Counted from the stretch's first letter, positions 9,265 to 17,803 are shown. The stretch: 64,000 nucleotides of DNA from a virus (IMGVR_UViG_3300022562_001204:14551-78550), one strand, 5' to 3'. Numbers and translations are program-made. The notes: generated by a model not told the origin, from the sequence alone.

Positions 9265-9705
9265 TCACGAACGCGTCTTGAACATACCGAACAGTGCCGG
9301 GTAGCTCTGGACGGGACCGTTCAGGTTCAGCTCATCGAAGCTGACCTTGTTGGAGTTCTTGTTGGACTTCGCTGCAGGCCTCGGCGCCGGGGCGGAAACC
9401 ATTTCGTTCGGCGCCGTATGGGGCTTGACTTTGGAAGGGGTCAGGGTTGATTCGGCAGCCGGGATGCTGGCGAAGGCTTTGGCCAGGTCGGATGTGGTAG
9501 CCAGTTCAACCTTCTTCTTGACGGCCACCTTGGGTTTCGGCTTGCCCTTGGCCATGACCTTGTCGACACGCTTGTCGAGTTTCTCGGCCTTCTTGGAGGG
9601 CGCTGGCTTCTTGGTCACCTTTTCAGCGGACTTGTCGACAGTGCCTTTGGTATCGGACTTGCCTGGGGCAGCCTTGGTCTTTGACGCGGGTTTCTTGGTG
9701 CTCAT
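9265..9705 (-). CDS. Lys/Ala/Pro-rich basic protein (histone H1-like composition)
   Basis: KKPA/KAEK-rich N-terminal 70 aa; AGGAGG RBS; terminator downstream. Confidence 0.75.
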   Translation of the reverse strand: MSTKKPASKTKAAPGKSDTKGTVDKSAEKVTKKPAPSKKAEKLDKRVDKVMAKGKPKPKVAVKKKVELATTSDLAKAFASIPAAESTLTPSKVKPHTAPNEMVSAPAPRPAAKSNKNSNKVSFDELNLNGPVQSYPALFGMFKTRS

Positions 9706-9722
9706 GACGAGCCTCCTGGTGG

Positions 9723-10823
9723 TTAAATGGAAACAGGGTACTTGATAGCGGGGAGCGACTCGTACCCGATGACCTCGATATCGGATCGTTGGATCTTGAA
9801 GAGATCCCTGGCTTCCGGGTTGATCTTGATCTTCGGGGGAGCGAGTGGTGTGCGGGTGACCTGTTCCTGGGCACCCTCGACCTGGTTGGCATAAACGTGG
9901 ACATCCCCACCAGACCAGATCAGTTCCTTTGGACGCAGGTCGGAGACGTGAGCCAAAAGGTGGAGCAGGGTGCCGTAGAACACCAGGTTGGTGCTGACGC
10001 CCAGCGGGAGGTCAGCCGAACGCTGGATGACTTTCAGAGAGAGGAGATGAGGACCGCCGTCTGGGGCTTTCTCGACGAAGCACTGGAAGGCCATGTGACA
10101 GACGGCCAGTGCGCCACGACCCAGCAGGACATTGGCCTGTGGGGAGAGGGTCGAGAAGGGGACGTAGCGGGGATCCCAGCTATCCACGACCAGTCGGGAT
10201 GAGAAGGGCTCGCGCTTCAGAAGGCGCACCAGTTCACCCAGTTGGTCATTGTCTTCGATGTACTGATGCCGAGCAAAGACCTCAAAGGGGATCTTCTCGG
10301 CAAGGGCGGGTTCCATGAAGACGTTTTCGTCATAGATCTCACGATAGCGAGTCAGCTTGTCAGACGGAAGGTCTTCCATGGCGAACGAGTCGATCGGCCA
10401 GAGGACTGACCGGGTGCCGCCTGGGTTACGGCGCCAGCGGTGTCCGTACATCTCACCGATGCTGCCCTCGTACTTGGCCAACAGCTCCTTGACTGTCTGT
10501 TCTCGGAACAGAGGGTCGGCTTCGGGGAACGTCTCGTCCACGATCTCGTTGACAGACGCCTCCGTCACTGCCCATCCGTTCCAGATGGGGACCCCCACCT
10601 TCTGAAGCTCTCGAACATCCACGGATCCCCGGATCATCCAGAGGAGTTCCTCGATACCGTGGTTCAAGTTGATCTTTCGGGTGGTGACTGCCGGGATGCT
10701 CCCGTCCGAGAGGTCAAACCGAAGTTCCCGACCAAAGACGCGGAGACGCCCCGTCTTGGTACGATCTGGGGAGACGCTGGCGGTATCCAGGATCTCTTTC
10801 ATCAGGTTCAGGTAGTTCTGCAT
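9723..10823 (-). CDS. thyA: Thymidylate synthase with internal insertion
   Basis: PDRTKTG, PAVTTRK, EELLW, catalytic CH (ALAVCHM), QRSADLPLG..N, GDVHVYANQ. Confidence 0.95.
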   Translation of the reverse strand: MQNYLNLMKEILDTASVSPDRTKTGRLRVFGRELRFDLSDGSIPAVTTRKINLNHGIEELLWMIRGSVDVRELQKVGVPIWNGWAVTEASVNEIVDETFPEADPLFREQTVKELLAKYEGSIGEMYGHRWRRNPGGTRSVLWPIDSFAMEDLPSDKLTRYREIYDENVFMEPALAEKIPFEVFARHQYIEDNDQLGELVRLLKREPFSSRLVVDSWDPRYVPFSTLSPQANVLLGRGALAVCHMAFQCFVEKAPDGGPHLLSLKVIQRSADLPLGVSTNLVFYGTLLHLLAHVSDLRPKELIWSGGDVHVYANQVEGAQEQVTRTPLAPPKIKINPEARDLFKIQRSDIEVIGYESLPAIKYPVSI

Positions 10824-11392
10824 TACTGTCCTTTCGGTAGGGTGATGCCCATCTGGCCCTGAAACTGGCCAGTGGGTCCATAGGGGAGCTCGCAGTCAGT
10901 GCCGGTCAGAAAGAGGATCTGGGCAGCACCCATGCCTGCGTAGAATGTGATGGGACGGCTGCTGTGGTTGGCGTACTCCAGGACCAGCTCGCCCTCCCAG
11001 CCCGCGTTGATGACCGTTGTCAGGCAGTAGAGCCCACAGCGAGCATAGGAGCTCTTGCTGAAGACCAGACCCGTCACGTTGCTTGGCATCCGGAAGTACT
11101 CCTGGGAATGCGTCAGCATGAAGGAACCCGGCGGGATGACGCAGCTCTTCCCCTCTAACTGGTGAAAAGACTGTTCGTCCACGTTCAAAGGGTCGACGAT
11201 GCCGTGGGTAAGGTTCGAGGAGATCTTGTACTTGCCCACGGCTCGAATGTCGTAGCTATACGCACTGGGGCCGTAGGAGAGGACCTTCTTACCGTCCTCG
11301 TCCACGGTGACCTTGCTGGGCATGTATGGCGTCAGGAGCTGGTTCAGCTCACAGAGTTTGAGGATTTCGCGATCAGAGAGTATCATGGCCAA
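10823..11392 (-). CDS. dcd: dCTP deaminase
   Basis: ILSDREI, SYDIR, KSSYARCGL, AGWEGELVLE, YGPTGQFQGQMGITLPK. Confidence 0.92.
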   Translation of the reverse strand: MAMILSDREILKLCELNQLLTPYMPSKVTVDEDGKKVLSYGPSAYSYDIRAVGKYKISSNLTHGIVDPLNVDEQSFHQLEGKSCVIPPGSFMLTHSQEYFRMPSNVTGLVFSKSSYARCGLYCLTTVINAGWEGELVLEYANHSSRPITFYAGMGAAQILFLTGTDCELPYGPTGQFQGQMGITLPKGQ

Positions 11393-12134
11393 GCGTGCTC
11401 AGATGGGACGCAATGTTCTTGTGGTAGTCTCGATACCGTTTCTGGATAGCGTTCTCCACATAGGTCATCGCTCCCTTCAGGATGGGGTCCTGGTCTCGAT
11501 CGCAGTCCAAACGAACGATGGGGAGGCTGGACCAAAGTGGGGAACTGTCGAAGAGCTGATGGACTCTCTTGTGGTAGTCGTTGCTCTTCATATCGAAGAT
11601 CGTGGCCTTCTCGCCATTACTCGACCGAACATTGATCCGACTCAACGCCGTCTTTACGGAGGTTTGACAGAGCATGATCAGATCGGGCACAAAGAACCCA
11701 GGGATCGCCTTGTGAACCGAAGTCACCATGTCCGTCATATCGCTGCCGTTCATACGGCCCTGGTAGACTAGACTACTGAGCAGGCTACGGTCAGTCAGGA
11801 CAACCTTGCCGGCTTTTAGCGCCGGAATGACCAGTTCCTTCATGGTGACTGCTCGATCAGCAGCGAAGAGCATGATCGCCACCTCAATGGGGACTTCGGT
11901 ACTCATGAGAATGGACCGAAGCTGGACCCCCAGTTCGGTACTGCCGGGTTCTCGGATGGTCAGAACCTCGTGACCTTTAGCCGTTAGGGCCTCAGCTACC
12001 CGTTTGACCAGGGTGCTCTTACCCGTACCATCGGGACCATCGAAAGCAATATAGGTTCCCCAGTTCTCATTGCCGAAGCCTAGCTTCGAGGTGCCAGCGG
12101 TAGGGATCAGCTTAGATGGTGGTTGGATGTGCAT
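11373..12134 (-). CDS. tmk: Thymidylate (dTMP) kinase
   Basis: P-loop FDGPDGTGKST, REPG, LFAADR, VLTDR, PDL. Confidence 0.93.
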   Translation of the reverse strand: MHIQPPSKLIPTAGTSKLGFGNENWGTYIAFDGPDGTGKSTLVKRVAEALTAKGHEVLTIREPGSTELGVQLRSILMSTEVPIEVAIMLFAADRAVTMKELVIPALKAGKVVLTDRSLLSSLVYQGRMNGSDMTDMVTSVHKAIPGFFVPDLIMLCQTSVKTALSRINVRSSNGEKATIFDMKSNDYHKRVHQLFDSSPLWSSLPIVRLDCDRDQDPILKGAMTYVENAIQKRYRDYHKNIASHLSTLGHDTL

Positions 12135-12576
12135 GAAACGGTTTCCAAGAAAGGTGGAACCAGCAGCGAATGGCGCCGTTGAACATAGGGGCGATCTGCT
12201 CGATGGTAAAGCCTGCCAATCCAGTCCCTACATTGGCCACGTAGAAGGTGAACTCCGGGTTGGCGTGGGTGAACTGAATGAACTTCTGGATGTCTTCGAA
12301 GACCTCTTCGATCTTCCGCTGACTCAGGTCGTACTTCCCATTGGGGAGCTTTGTGGCGTCTTTGGTGGGGATACCGTAGGATCTTCCTACGAGTCCCTGA
12401 CCTTTTCCCGGCTCAGCCCCATACTTCTCACGGGCGGTCAGGGCCGTGCCGGCCCCGTGTATCCCTGCCGTGTTCGACCCATACACGAAGATAATGCCCG
12501 GGTCTAGCCGGCATTTCTCAGGATCTGTGTAGTAGAGGTTCTTGGTCCTGAGGGGTATGATCCGCTCGAATCGCAT
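12112..12576 (-). CDS. Macro-domain-like protein (A1S_2505-type phage family)
   Basis: IFVYGSNTAGIHGAG.A and G.G....SYGIPTK, plus VGTGLAG, which resembles the macro-domain GxGxxG loop. Family name is from memory. Confidence 0.7.
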   Translation of the reverse strand: MRFERIIPLRTKNLYYTDPEKCRLDPGIIFVYGSNTAGIHGAGTALTAREKYGAEPGKGQGLVGRSYGIPTKDATKLPNGKYDLSQRKIEEVFEDIQKFIQFTHANPEFTFYVANVGTGLAGFTIEQIAPMFNGAIRCWFHLSWKPFHAHPTTI

Positions 12577-12580
12577 GGTA

Positions 12581-12598
12581 AGTCCTTATATAAGGAGT
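12581..12598 (-). promoter_or_regulatory. ACTCCTTATATAAGGA motif overlapping the RBS
   Basis: Directly upstream of ATG 12576. Confidence 0.65.
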
Positions 12599-12611
12599 AT
12601 GTCCTCGAGAA

Positions 12612-12620
12612 GAGTATATC
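12612..12620 (-). promoter_or_regulatory. GATATACTC motif upstream of the macro-tmk-dcd-thyA operon
   Basis: Exact 9-mer 36 nt upstream of the ATG. Confidence 0.65.
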
Positions 12621-12678
12621 GGTCTGAGAGGACATAAAAAAGGTTTCTAATGAATACAAGATTTCAGCATAAAAAGCA

Positions 12679-12708
12679 GAGAGCTCTGGGGTAGTCCCCA
12701 GAGCTCTC
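12679..12708 (-). terminator. Terminator after the endolysin
   Basis: 13-bp stem followed by a U-tract. Confidence 0.8.
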
Positions 12709-12716
12709 CTATGTCG

Positions 12717-13493
12717 TCAGTTCTGCTCGAAATACGGCTTGTACTTGCCCATCCTCAGCTTGAACACATTTGTGACATGTTCACGATTGATGTCGCAGGC
12801 TGACCGATTCCCGTAGAGGATCGCCTTGCTCTTGGTACAGTGCTTCTCAACATTGTCAAACCAGAGGTTGGGATCGCAGCCAGCGGCTAGCCCGCAGGCC
12901 CTGCGGTCCTTATTCAGCCCGGACAGCCCGCCATTGTAGGCAGCATCAGCCATCTGTAGCCTGGCAGCTTCAGTCGGTACCTTGGAGAGAGCAGTGATGT
13001 TCTCTCTGGAGAGCAGGATCATCGCTGACATCTGTAGCTCGGGTCGTTCCTTGATGTTCTCCCAGGAGAGGTCCCCGAGTTCCTTGGGGTACTTTCTCCG
13101 GAGATCACTAAGGGTATCGAACCGTAATGCCCCACTTTTACTCCAAGCCCGGGTAATCTGCCCAAACCCCACACCCTGTTCACGGGATGTCTTCAACTCA
13201 GAAGCAGGGTTCCAGCATTTGCTATGGGTAAGGGAGATACAGGACTCCTGCTCGATCAGTCCCCCGAAGTACCACGGAGATGCCATCCCAGGAATCAGCG
13301 TATGTACCTCAGTACTGAGCGTCGGCAGGTATTTCGGGGCATTCTTCGGGATGTAGGTCTTCACATCCAAGGCATGCGCCTGGCGAAAAGACCCGAGTAC
13401 AAAGAAAAAGATCAGGGCAGAAGCCAGCGCGATCAGAAAATCGGCGATGACGCCCCCCAGATCGAACTCTTCTTTACGTTGACGCCTTCTCAT
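12717..13493 (-). CDS. Endolysin, lytic transglycosylase (SLT/lysozyme-like) with signal peptide; probable start ATG 13493
   Basis: EQES catalytic Glu motif, GFGQIT, AAYNGG; hydrophobic N-terminus ending AHA-LD; AAGGAG RBS. Confidence 0.85.
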   Translation of the reverse strand: MRRRQRKEEFDLGGVIADFLIALASALIFFFVLGSFRQAHALDVKTYIPKNAPKYLPTLSTEVHTLIPGMASPWYFGGLIEQESCISLTHSKCWNPASELKTSREQGVGFGQITRAWSKSGALRFDTLSDLRRKYPKELGDLSWENIKERPELQMSAMILLSRENITALSKVPTEAARLQMADAAYNGGLSGLNKDRRACGLAAGCDPNLWFDNVEKHCTKSKAILYGNRSACDINREHVTNVFKLRMGKYKPYFEQN

Positions 13494-13605
13494 GGTGCGC
13501 TCCTTGAGTATGGTGATGCTTGGCTCGATGGTGCGGAGGTATGAGGAGGGCCATGGCACCGATGAAGAAAAACACGGTGCCCAGAAGAACCTTGAGGCTC
13601 CTCAC
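13474..13605 (-). CDS. Putative 43-aa single-TM micro-protein with His-rich tail
   Basis: GTG start overlaps the upstream TGA (GTGA); hydrophobic VLLGTVFFFIGAMALLIPP. Confidence 0.45.
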   Translation of the reverse strand: MRSLKVLLGTVFFFIGAMALLIPPHHRAKHHHTQGAHHEKAST

Positions 13606-13724
13606 GAGATGCCGTACAGAAAGGAGACCAGCAATGCCGCGGTCAGTACTCCTCCGATCATGGAGAGCACTCGTTGCAATGCCAGTCTCGTGACCCGTAC
13701 GTCCTCTGCTTCCGGCGTGGTCAC
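13602..13724 (-). CDS. Putative 40-aa single-TM micro-protein
   Basis: GTG start overlaps the holin TGA (GTGA); hydrophobic MIGGVLTAALLVSFLYGIS. Confidence 0.5.
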   Translation of the reverse strand: MTTPEAEDVRVTRLALQRVLSMIGGVLTAALLVSFLYGIS

Positions 13725-14050
13725 GTAATGACCGCGGCCAGGATGACGATGGCAATGGCCACCATGATGATCGATACCGCCATCATGGCTCGACCAGCCC
13801 CTTCTGACGACTCCATAGCCTTGTTGAAGACAGTCTGGAAGTCGATGTAGTCCGTCAGAGCCCTACGGGCACCGTGAAGCGTCGCAACGAACCAGGTGAC
13901 CTTGGCCAGGCTGAGCAGCAGCACGATGGTATCGGCACCCACCGGCAGATCCGTCAACAGACCGGCATTCGGGTCGGTCAACAGGTAGGACAGCAACACC
14001 ACGACTGACCCGAGGATCATGAAGACGTAGCGAAAACGCATTTTAAACAT
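13721..14050 (-). CDS. Putative holin (3 TM)
   Basis: 109 aa, three hydrophobic segments, upstream of the endolysin. Confidence 0.65.
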   Translation of the reverse strand: MFKMRFRYVFMILGSVVVLLSYLLTDPNAGLLTDLPVGADTIVLLLSLAKVTWFVATLHGARRALTDYIDFQTVFNKAMESSEGAGRAMMAVSIIMVAIAIVILAAVIT

Positions 14051-14082
14051 GGGGTTACCTCATATTGTCAAAACACATAGGA

Positions 14083-14110
14083 TCTCGGCTGGGGCGAACC
14101 CCAGCCGAGA
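14083..14110 (-). terminator. Terminator after the acidic tail-fibre gene
   Basis: 12-bp stem, UUCG loop on the minus strand, U-rich tail. Confidence 0.8.
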
Positions 14111-14121
14111 CCATAGCCTAC

Positions 14122-17100
14122 TTAGGCAGACTTCTCTTCCGTGGAAGAGTCGTCGGTACCAGCAGCGTCAGTGGTCGACGCATCGGTCGACTCGGACTCA
14201 GCGGCCGTCTCATCGCTCGACGTTTCCGCCGAGGAGTCATCAGCCGGAGTCTCTTCGGTTGAAGCCGACTCATCGCTGGAGGCGTCGGAAGCGGGGGCCT
14301 CCTCCGTGGTCTCACTGGACGTGTCAGCTGCTTCTTCCGTCGAAGCGTCGCTGCTTTCGGTTTCCGAACCCGACGAATCCTCGGAGGCTTCCGCCTCGTC
14401 ATCAGACTCACCGGCGTCCGTCACCGTGGTATCATCAACCGATTCGCTGGCATCAGCCGAAGCCTCTTCCGTCGTATCGGTCGTTTCAGCCTCGGAAGTC
14501 TCCGAAGCCGAGTCATCCACCGTCGCATCGCTTTCGGTGGATTCGGTCGCCGTCTCGTCAGCCGTCGATTCCGAAGAGTCGTCAGCGGCTTCCGCCGTCG
14601 AGTCGTCCTCAGACACCGTCGCGTCGGAGTCAGAAGCTTCCGTATCGTCCGCCGGGGTCTCCTCAGCCGAGGCTGAGTCATCCGCAGCGGGTTCGCTTTC
14701 AGTCGCCGTCTCGTCGGAGGCAGCCGGTTCTTCCGAGGAAGTGTCGGTCGTCTCGTCGGCAGTCGACGCATCAGCAGCAGGTTCCGAGGAGGTGTCTTCG
14801 GTGGGCGTTTCAGCACTGGAGTCGGTCGAAGCCGAATCATCCGTCACATCGCTGTCGCTGGCCGCAGTGTCTTCGGAAGTGGTGGAGGGCTCTTCAGAGG
14901 CAGTTGCCTCATCGGAGGTGGAAGTCTCCGCTGTCTCGTCAGCAGCACCCGTATCGTCGCCGGCAGCAGACTCCTCCGAGGAGGATTCGTCAGCGGACTC
15001 ACTGGCGCTGTCGTCGGTAGCCCCATCAGAGGCCTCGGCAGCAGAGGTGTCATCGGTCGCATCGGTGGTCGATGCATCTGCCTCATCCGACGACTCATCA
15101 GCCTGGGTATCCTCGGTCGAAGCCGAGTCATCCGAAGCCGTCTCGTCGCTGGATTCATCGCTCGACTCGTCAGCGGCGGTGTCATCGACCGAGGTCGAAT
15201 CATCCGTGGCGCTTTCGTCAGTCGAGGTATCGCTGCCGGTGTCGTCAGCCGGAGCTTCGTCACCAGTGTCACCATCCAAATTCGCATCGGCACCGGTATC
15301 GGTGGCGTCGGACTCATCCTCGGAGGAGGACTCATCGGCCGGCACTTCGGCGTCGGTGGAACTGTCAGTGGATTCCGACGAGGAGTCGTCAGCCGGGACT
15401 TCGTCGGACGAATCCGACGACTCGCTGCCGGTATCGTCCGTTGCCGGGGTTTCGTCCGAGCTGGACTCGTCGGTCGAGGTCGAGTCATCCGAAGCTGCTG
15501 AATCACCAGACTCATCGGCCGTACCGGCGTCAGCGGAGTTGTCGTCAGTGCTGGTATCGTCCGTTGCCGGCTCTTCAGCCGAGGTATCGTCAGCCGAGTC
15601 ATCCGACGAACTGCTGTCGTCGCCGGTTGCGTCGGCACTGTCTGACGAGGTGTCGCTTTCGGTGCCGGTATCATCAGCCGGAACCGTGGTATCGTCGCCA
15701 GTCACGTCACTGTCGTCCGACGAGGTATCGTCTTCGGAGCTGGTGTCATCGCCGGTGTTGATGTCGCTGCTGTCGTCGTCCGTGGACGTATCGTCCGACG
15801 AGGTGTCGGACGAGTCTGCCGGGGTTTCGTCATCGACCTTCTCGAGGTCGATGGCTTCGTCAGCAGCCGGAATCAGGAATTCCGGGATTTCCAGACCCAG
15901 TTCACCGCAGAGGCTGTACAGGAAACCGCTGACGTTTTCCAGAGATGCCTTCAGTGCGGTATTCTCGGCCACCACGGCTTGCACGGTCTCGTCCACTTCC
16001 TGAAGCGCAAGAATCAGCTCCGGGATGAAGGCCGTGTAGACCACAGTGTTGTAGGTGTCGGCATTCGGAGATACCTTGACCGTGTTCTTGACCATCTCAG
16101 GACGCTGAGAGATCAATTCATCGGCCATGACACCACGCCGGCGTTCGCCCTTGAGGGCGCCGTTTACCGGATTGTCATTGTACGTGAAGTCGTAGATTTT
16201 GACCTGTCGCATCAGATCAAGGCCACCATCGGCCTCGACGATATCCTGCTTCAGGCGGCGGTCGGAGAGTTCGGTCAGGTTGCCCACGATCGTCAGATCT
16301 CCGTTCGACTGTTGATAGAGGGACAGCACACCTGTGTCCCAGCCACCCCAACCAAATACACCATTCGCATCGATACCCACTCCTACACTGTAACCGTTGG
16401 TGGTATGGGTAAAGGAACAACCAGCCATGAGTGTCGCGTGACTTGACTGGAAGTTCATTCCACCCATGTATGTATCTAGATCCGAACCTTTCCCCACCGG
16501 AAGGTTCGCACCGTCGATCCGGCCGGACATCGCCCCGCCGGTCTTGGGGAGATATGTCCCCAAAAGCGTATCGACCTCTGCAGTGGTGTATGCTCCGATT
16601 TGACTCGGAGATACCCCATGAGGGTTCGAATAGTTCAGCGTATGTGCCAACAATGTGTCGGCAAAGCCGTTCTGGACACTGGCGATCAGAGCATCCTGCG
16701 TCTCGAACTGGGAGATGTTCCAGTCTGAGATCGCCTGAAAGGCCGGGATGTTCGTCAGGACGATAGCATCCTTGACCCGTTCCAGGGCGTAGATGACCGG
16801 TTCGAAGCCCTTGATGTCCAGTAGCAAATGATTGTGCAGTGACGGGGGGTAAAAGCTCCACTTGTCAACCACATTCTCCCAGGCCACCGGACGGTCGTCC
16901 GTCATGATGGTCTCGTACATGTTGGCGATCGAAGTGATGCTCTGCATGTACGCACCGCCCAGCACTTGGTACGTGATACGTACACGGTCACTGACGGAGG
17001 TGTTGGTGACGATCGCCATGGAGGCGATCTCCAGGCCGGTCTTGATGGTGCCTTCCTGGAACATCTGTACGAAGATGTAGTCCGTATCCCGCACCAGCAG

Positions 17101-17265
17101 GGTGTTCGTGGAGTCATCATACATCACGAACGAGTCGGTGTAGACCGGGCCGTAGGCCGGGACCACCGCACGGTTCGAGGCCGAACTCAGAGTGATGACC
17201 TCGTCTGTGACCAGATTGTCCGGACTGGTGCCGGTGAGGTCTTCCTCATAAACGTAATCAGCCAT
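14122..17265 (-). CDS. Tail fibre/virion protein with S74 intramolecular chaperone and ~580-aa acidic disordered C-terminus
   Basis: phiKZ-type virion N-terminus (DLTGTSPDNLV); fibre-like Gly-rich segment; L-SDRRLKQDI at aa 334; coiled coil; D/E/S/T/A tail. Confidence 0.8.
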   Translation of the reverse strand: MADYVYEEDLTGTSPDNLVTDEVITLSSASNRAVVPAYGPVYTDSFVMYDDSTNTLLVRDTDYIFVQMFQEGTIKTGLEIASMAIVTNTSVSDRVRITYQVLGGAYMQSITSIANMYETIMTDDRPVAWENVVDKWSFYPPSLHNHLLLDIKGFEPVIYALERVKDAIVLTNIPAFQAISDWNISQFETQDALIASVQNGFADTLLAHTLNYSNPHGVSPSQIGAYTTAEVDTLLGTYLPKTGGAMSGRIDGANLPVGKGSDLDTYMGGMNFQSSHATLMAGCSFTHTTNGYSVGVGIDANGVFGWGGWDTGVLSLYQQSNGDLTIVGNLTELSDRRLKQDIVEADGGLDLMRQVKIYDFTYNDNPVNGALKGERRRGVMADELISQRPEMVKNTVKVSPNADTYNTVVYTAFIPELILALQEVDETVQAVVAENTALKASLENVSGFLYSLCGELGLEIPEFLIPAADEAIDLEKVDDETPADSSDTSSDDTSTDDDSSDINTGDDTSSEDDTSSDDSDVTGDDTTVPADDTGTESDTSSDSADATGDDSSSSDDSADDTSAEEPATDDTSTDDNSADAGTADESGDSAASDDSTSTDESSSDETPATDDTGSESSDSSDEVPADDSSSESTDSSTDAEVPADESSSEDESDATDTGADANLDGDTGDEAPADDTGSDTSTDESATDDSTSVDDTAADESSDESSDETASDDSASTEDTQADESSDEADASTTDATDDTSAAEASDGATDDSASESADESSSEESAAGDDTGAADETAETSTSDEATASEEPSTTSEDTAASDSDVTDDSASTDSSAETPTEDTSSEPAADASTADETTDTSSEEPAASDETATESEPAADDSASAEETPADDTEASDSDATVSEDDSTAEAADDSSESTADETATESTESDATVDDSASETSEAETTDTTEEASADASESVDDTTVTDAGESDDEAEASEDSSGSETESSDASTEEAADTSSETTEEAPASDASSDESASTEETPADDSSAETSSDETAAESESTDASTTDAAGTDDSSTEEKSA
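14125..15860 (-). repeat. Degenerate acidic low-complexity repeat region ((E/D)xPA(D/T)D motifs)
   Basis: Recurring ETPADD/EVPADD/EAPADD/EEPAAD units in D/E/S/T/A-rich sequence. Confidence 0.85.
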
Positions 17266-17803
17266 TGAATTCTTCGCCTTCTGTGTTGATCAGGAAGAGG
17301 CCCTTCTTGGACCACAGAAGGGCCGCCTTAACAATGTTCGAGGGGGTCAGACGCCCGACCTTGAGGTCAATCCCCATTTTCAGGTAAGAGTAGTTTGACA
17401 GTTCGACACACTGCCACCGGTTGTTGTCATCAACCGCCATCCCCAGGTATCCCCGGATAGCGTCAAGTACCGAATAGCGTGTTCCAATCTTCTCTTTCAG
17501 GATGTCAAGGTAAGACTCCTGCCATTCGATCCCCATGGGGAGATGGTAGAAGACGCTACCTTCGATGATCCGGGTAAACCGGATATACGGCTGTGTCGCT
17601 TCCAGAACGTAGAGTCCTTCTTCGTTCCGGTAAGCAATCCCGACATGGCCGTACTCCGAGAAAGTAAACCCACGGACGATCATCAGGATCAAACGACCCC
17701 ACCAATCGGTCTCGGTGTCGTTCCAATGAGACGTGTCGCTCCACGCCAGTAAATCCCCGGACTGCACAGCGTCCAACTGACTCGTGCTCACGATCTGATC
17801 CAT
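17258..17803 (-). CDS. Permuted papain-like (NlpC/P60, YiiX/YebB-like) amidase
   Basis: GDLL, GHVGI (His), VLEA, Y-S, and QCVEL (Cys), with His before Cys (permuted order). Confidence 0.75.
   Translation of the reverse strand: MDQIVSTSQLDAVQSGDLLAWSDTSHWNDTETDWWGRLILMIVRGFTFSEYGHVGIAYRNEEGLYVLEATQPYIRFTRIIEGSVFYHLPMGIEWQESYLDILKEKIGTRYSVLDAIRGYLGMAVDDNNRWQCVELSNYSYLKMGIDLKVGRLTPSNIVKAALLWSKKGLFLINTEGEEFNG

Noticed and set aside
9723-12134. thyA/dcd/tmk cluster as a DNA hypermodification system
   Set aside because: The TS keeps the dUMP-specifying Asn, and no hydroxymethylase, glycosyltransferase or other modification genes are nearby.
13474-13755. 93-aa track ORF overlapping the holin
   Set aside because: Its upstream half overlaps the holin and the 40-aa micro-ORF and has no RBS; a GTG start at 13605 coupled to the upstream stop is more plausible.
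14141-16003. 620-aa Ser/Ala/Val-rich ORF on the + strand
   Set aside because: Antisense shadow of the acidic tail (GAC/GAA/TCN codons rarely give stops in reverse); no RBS or terminator.
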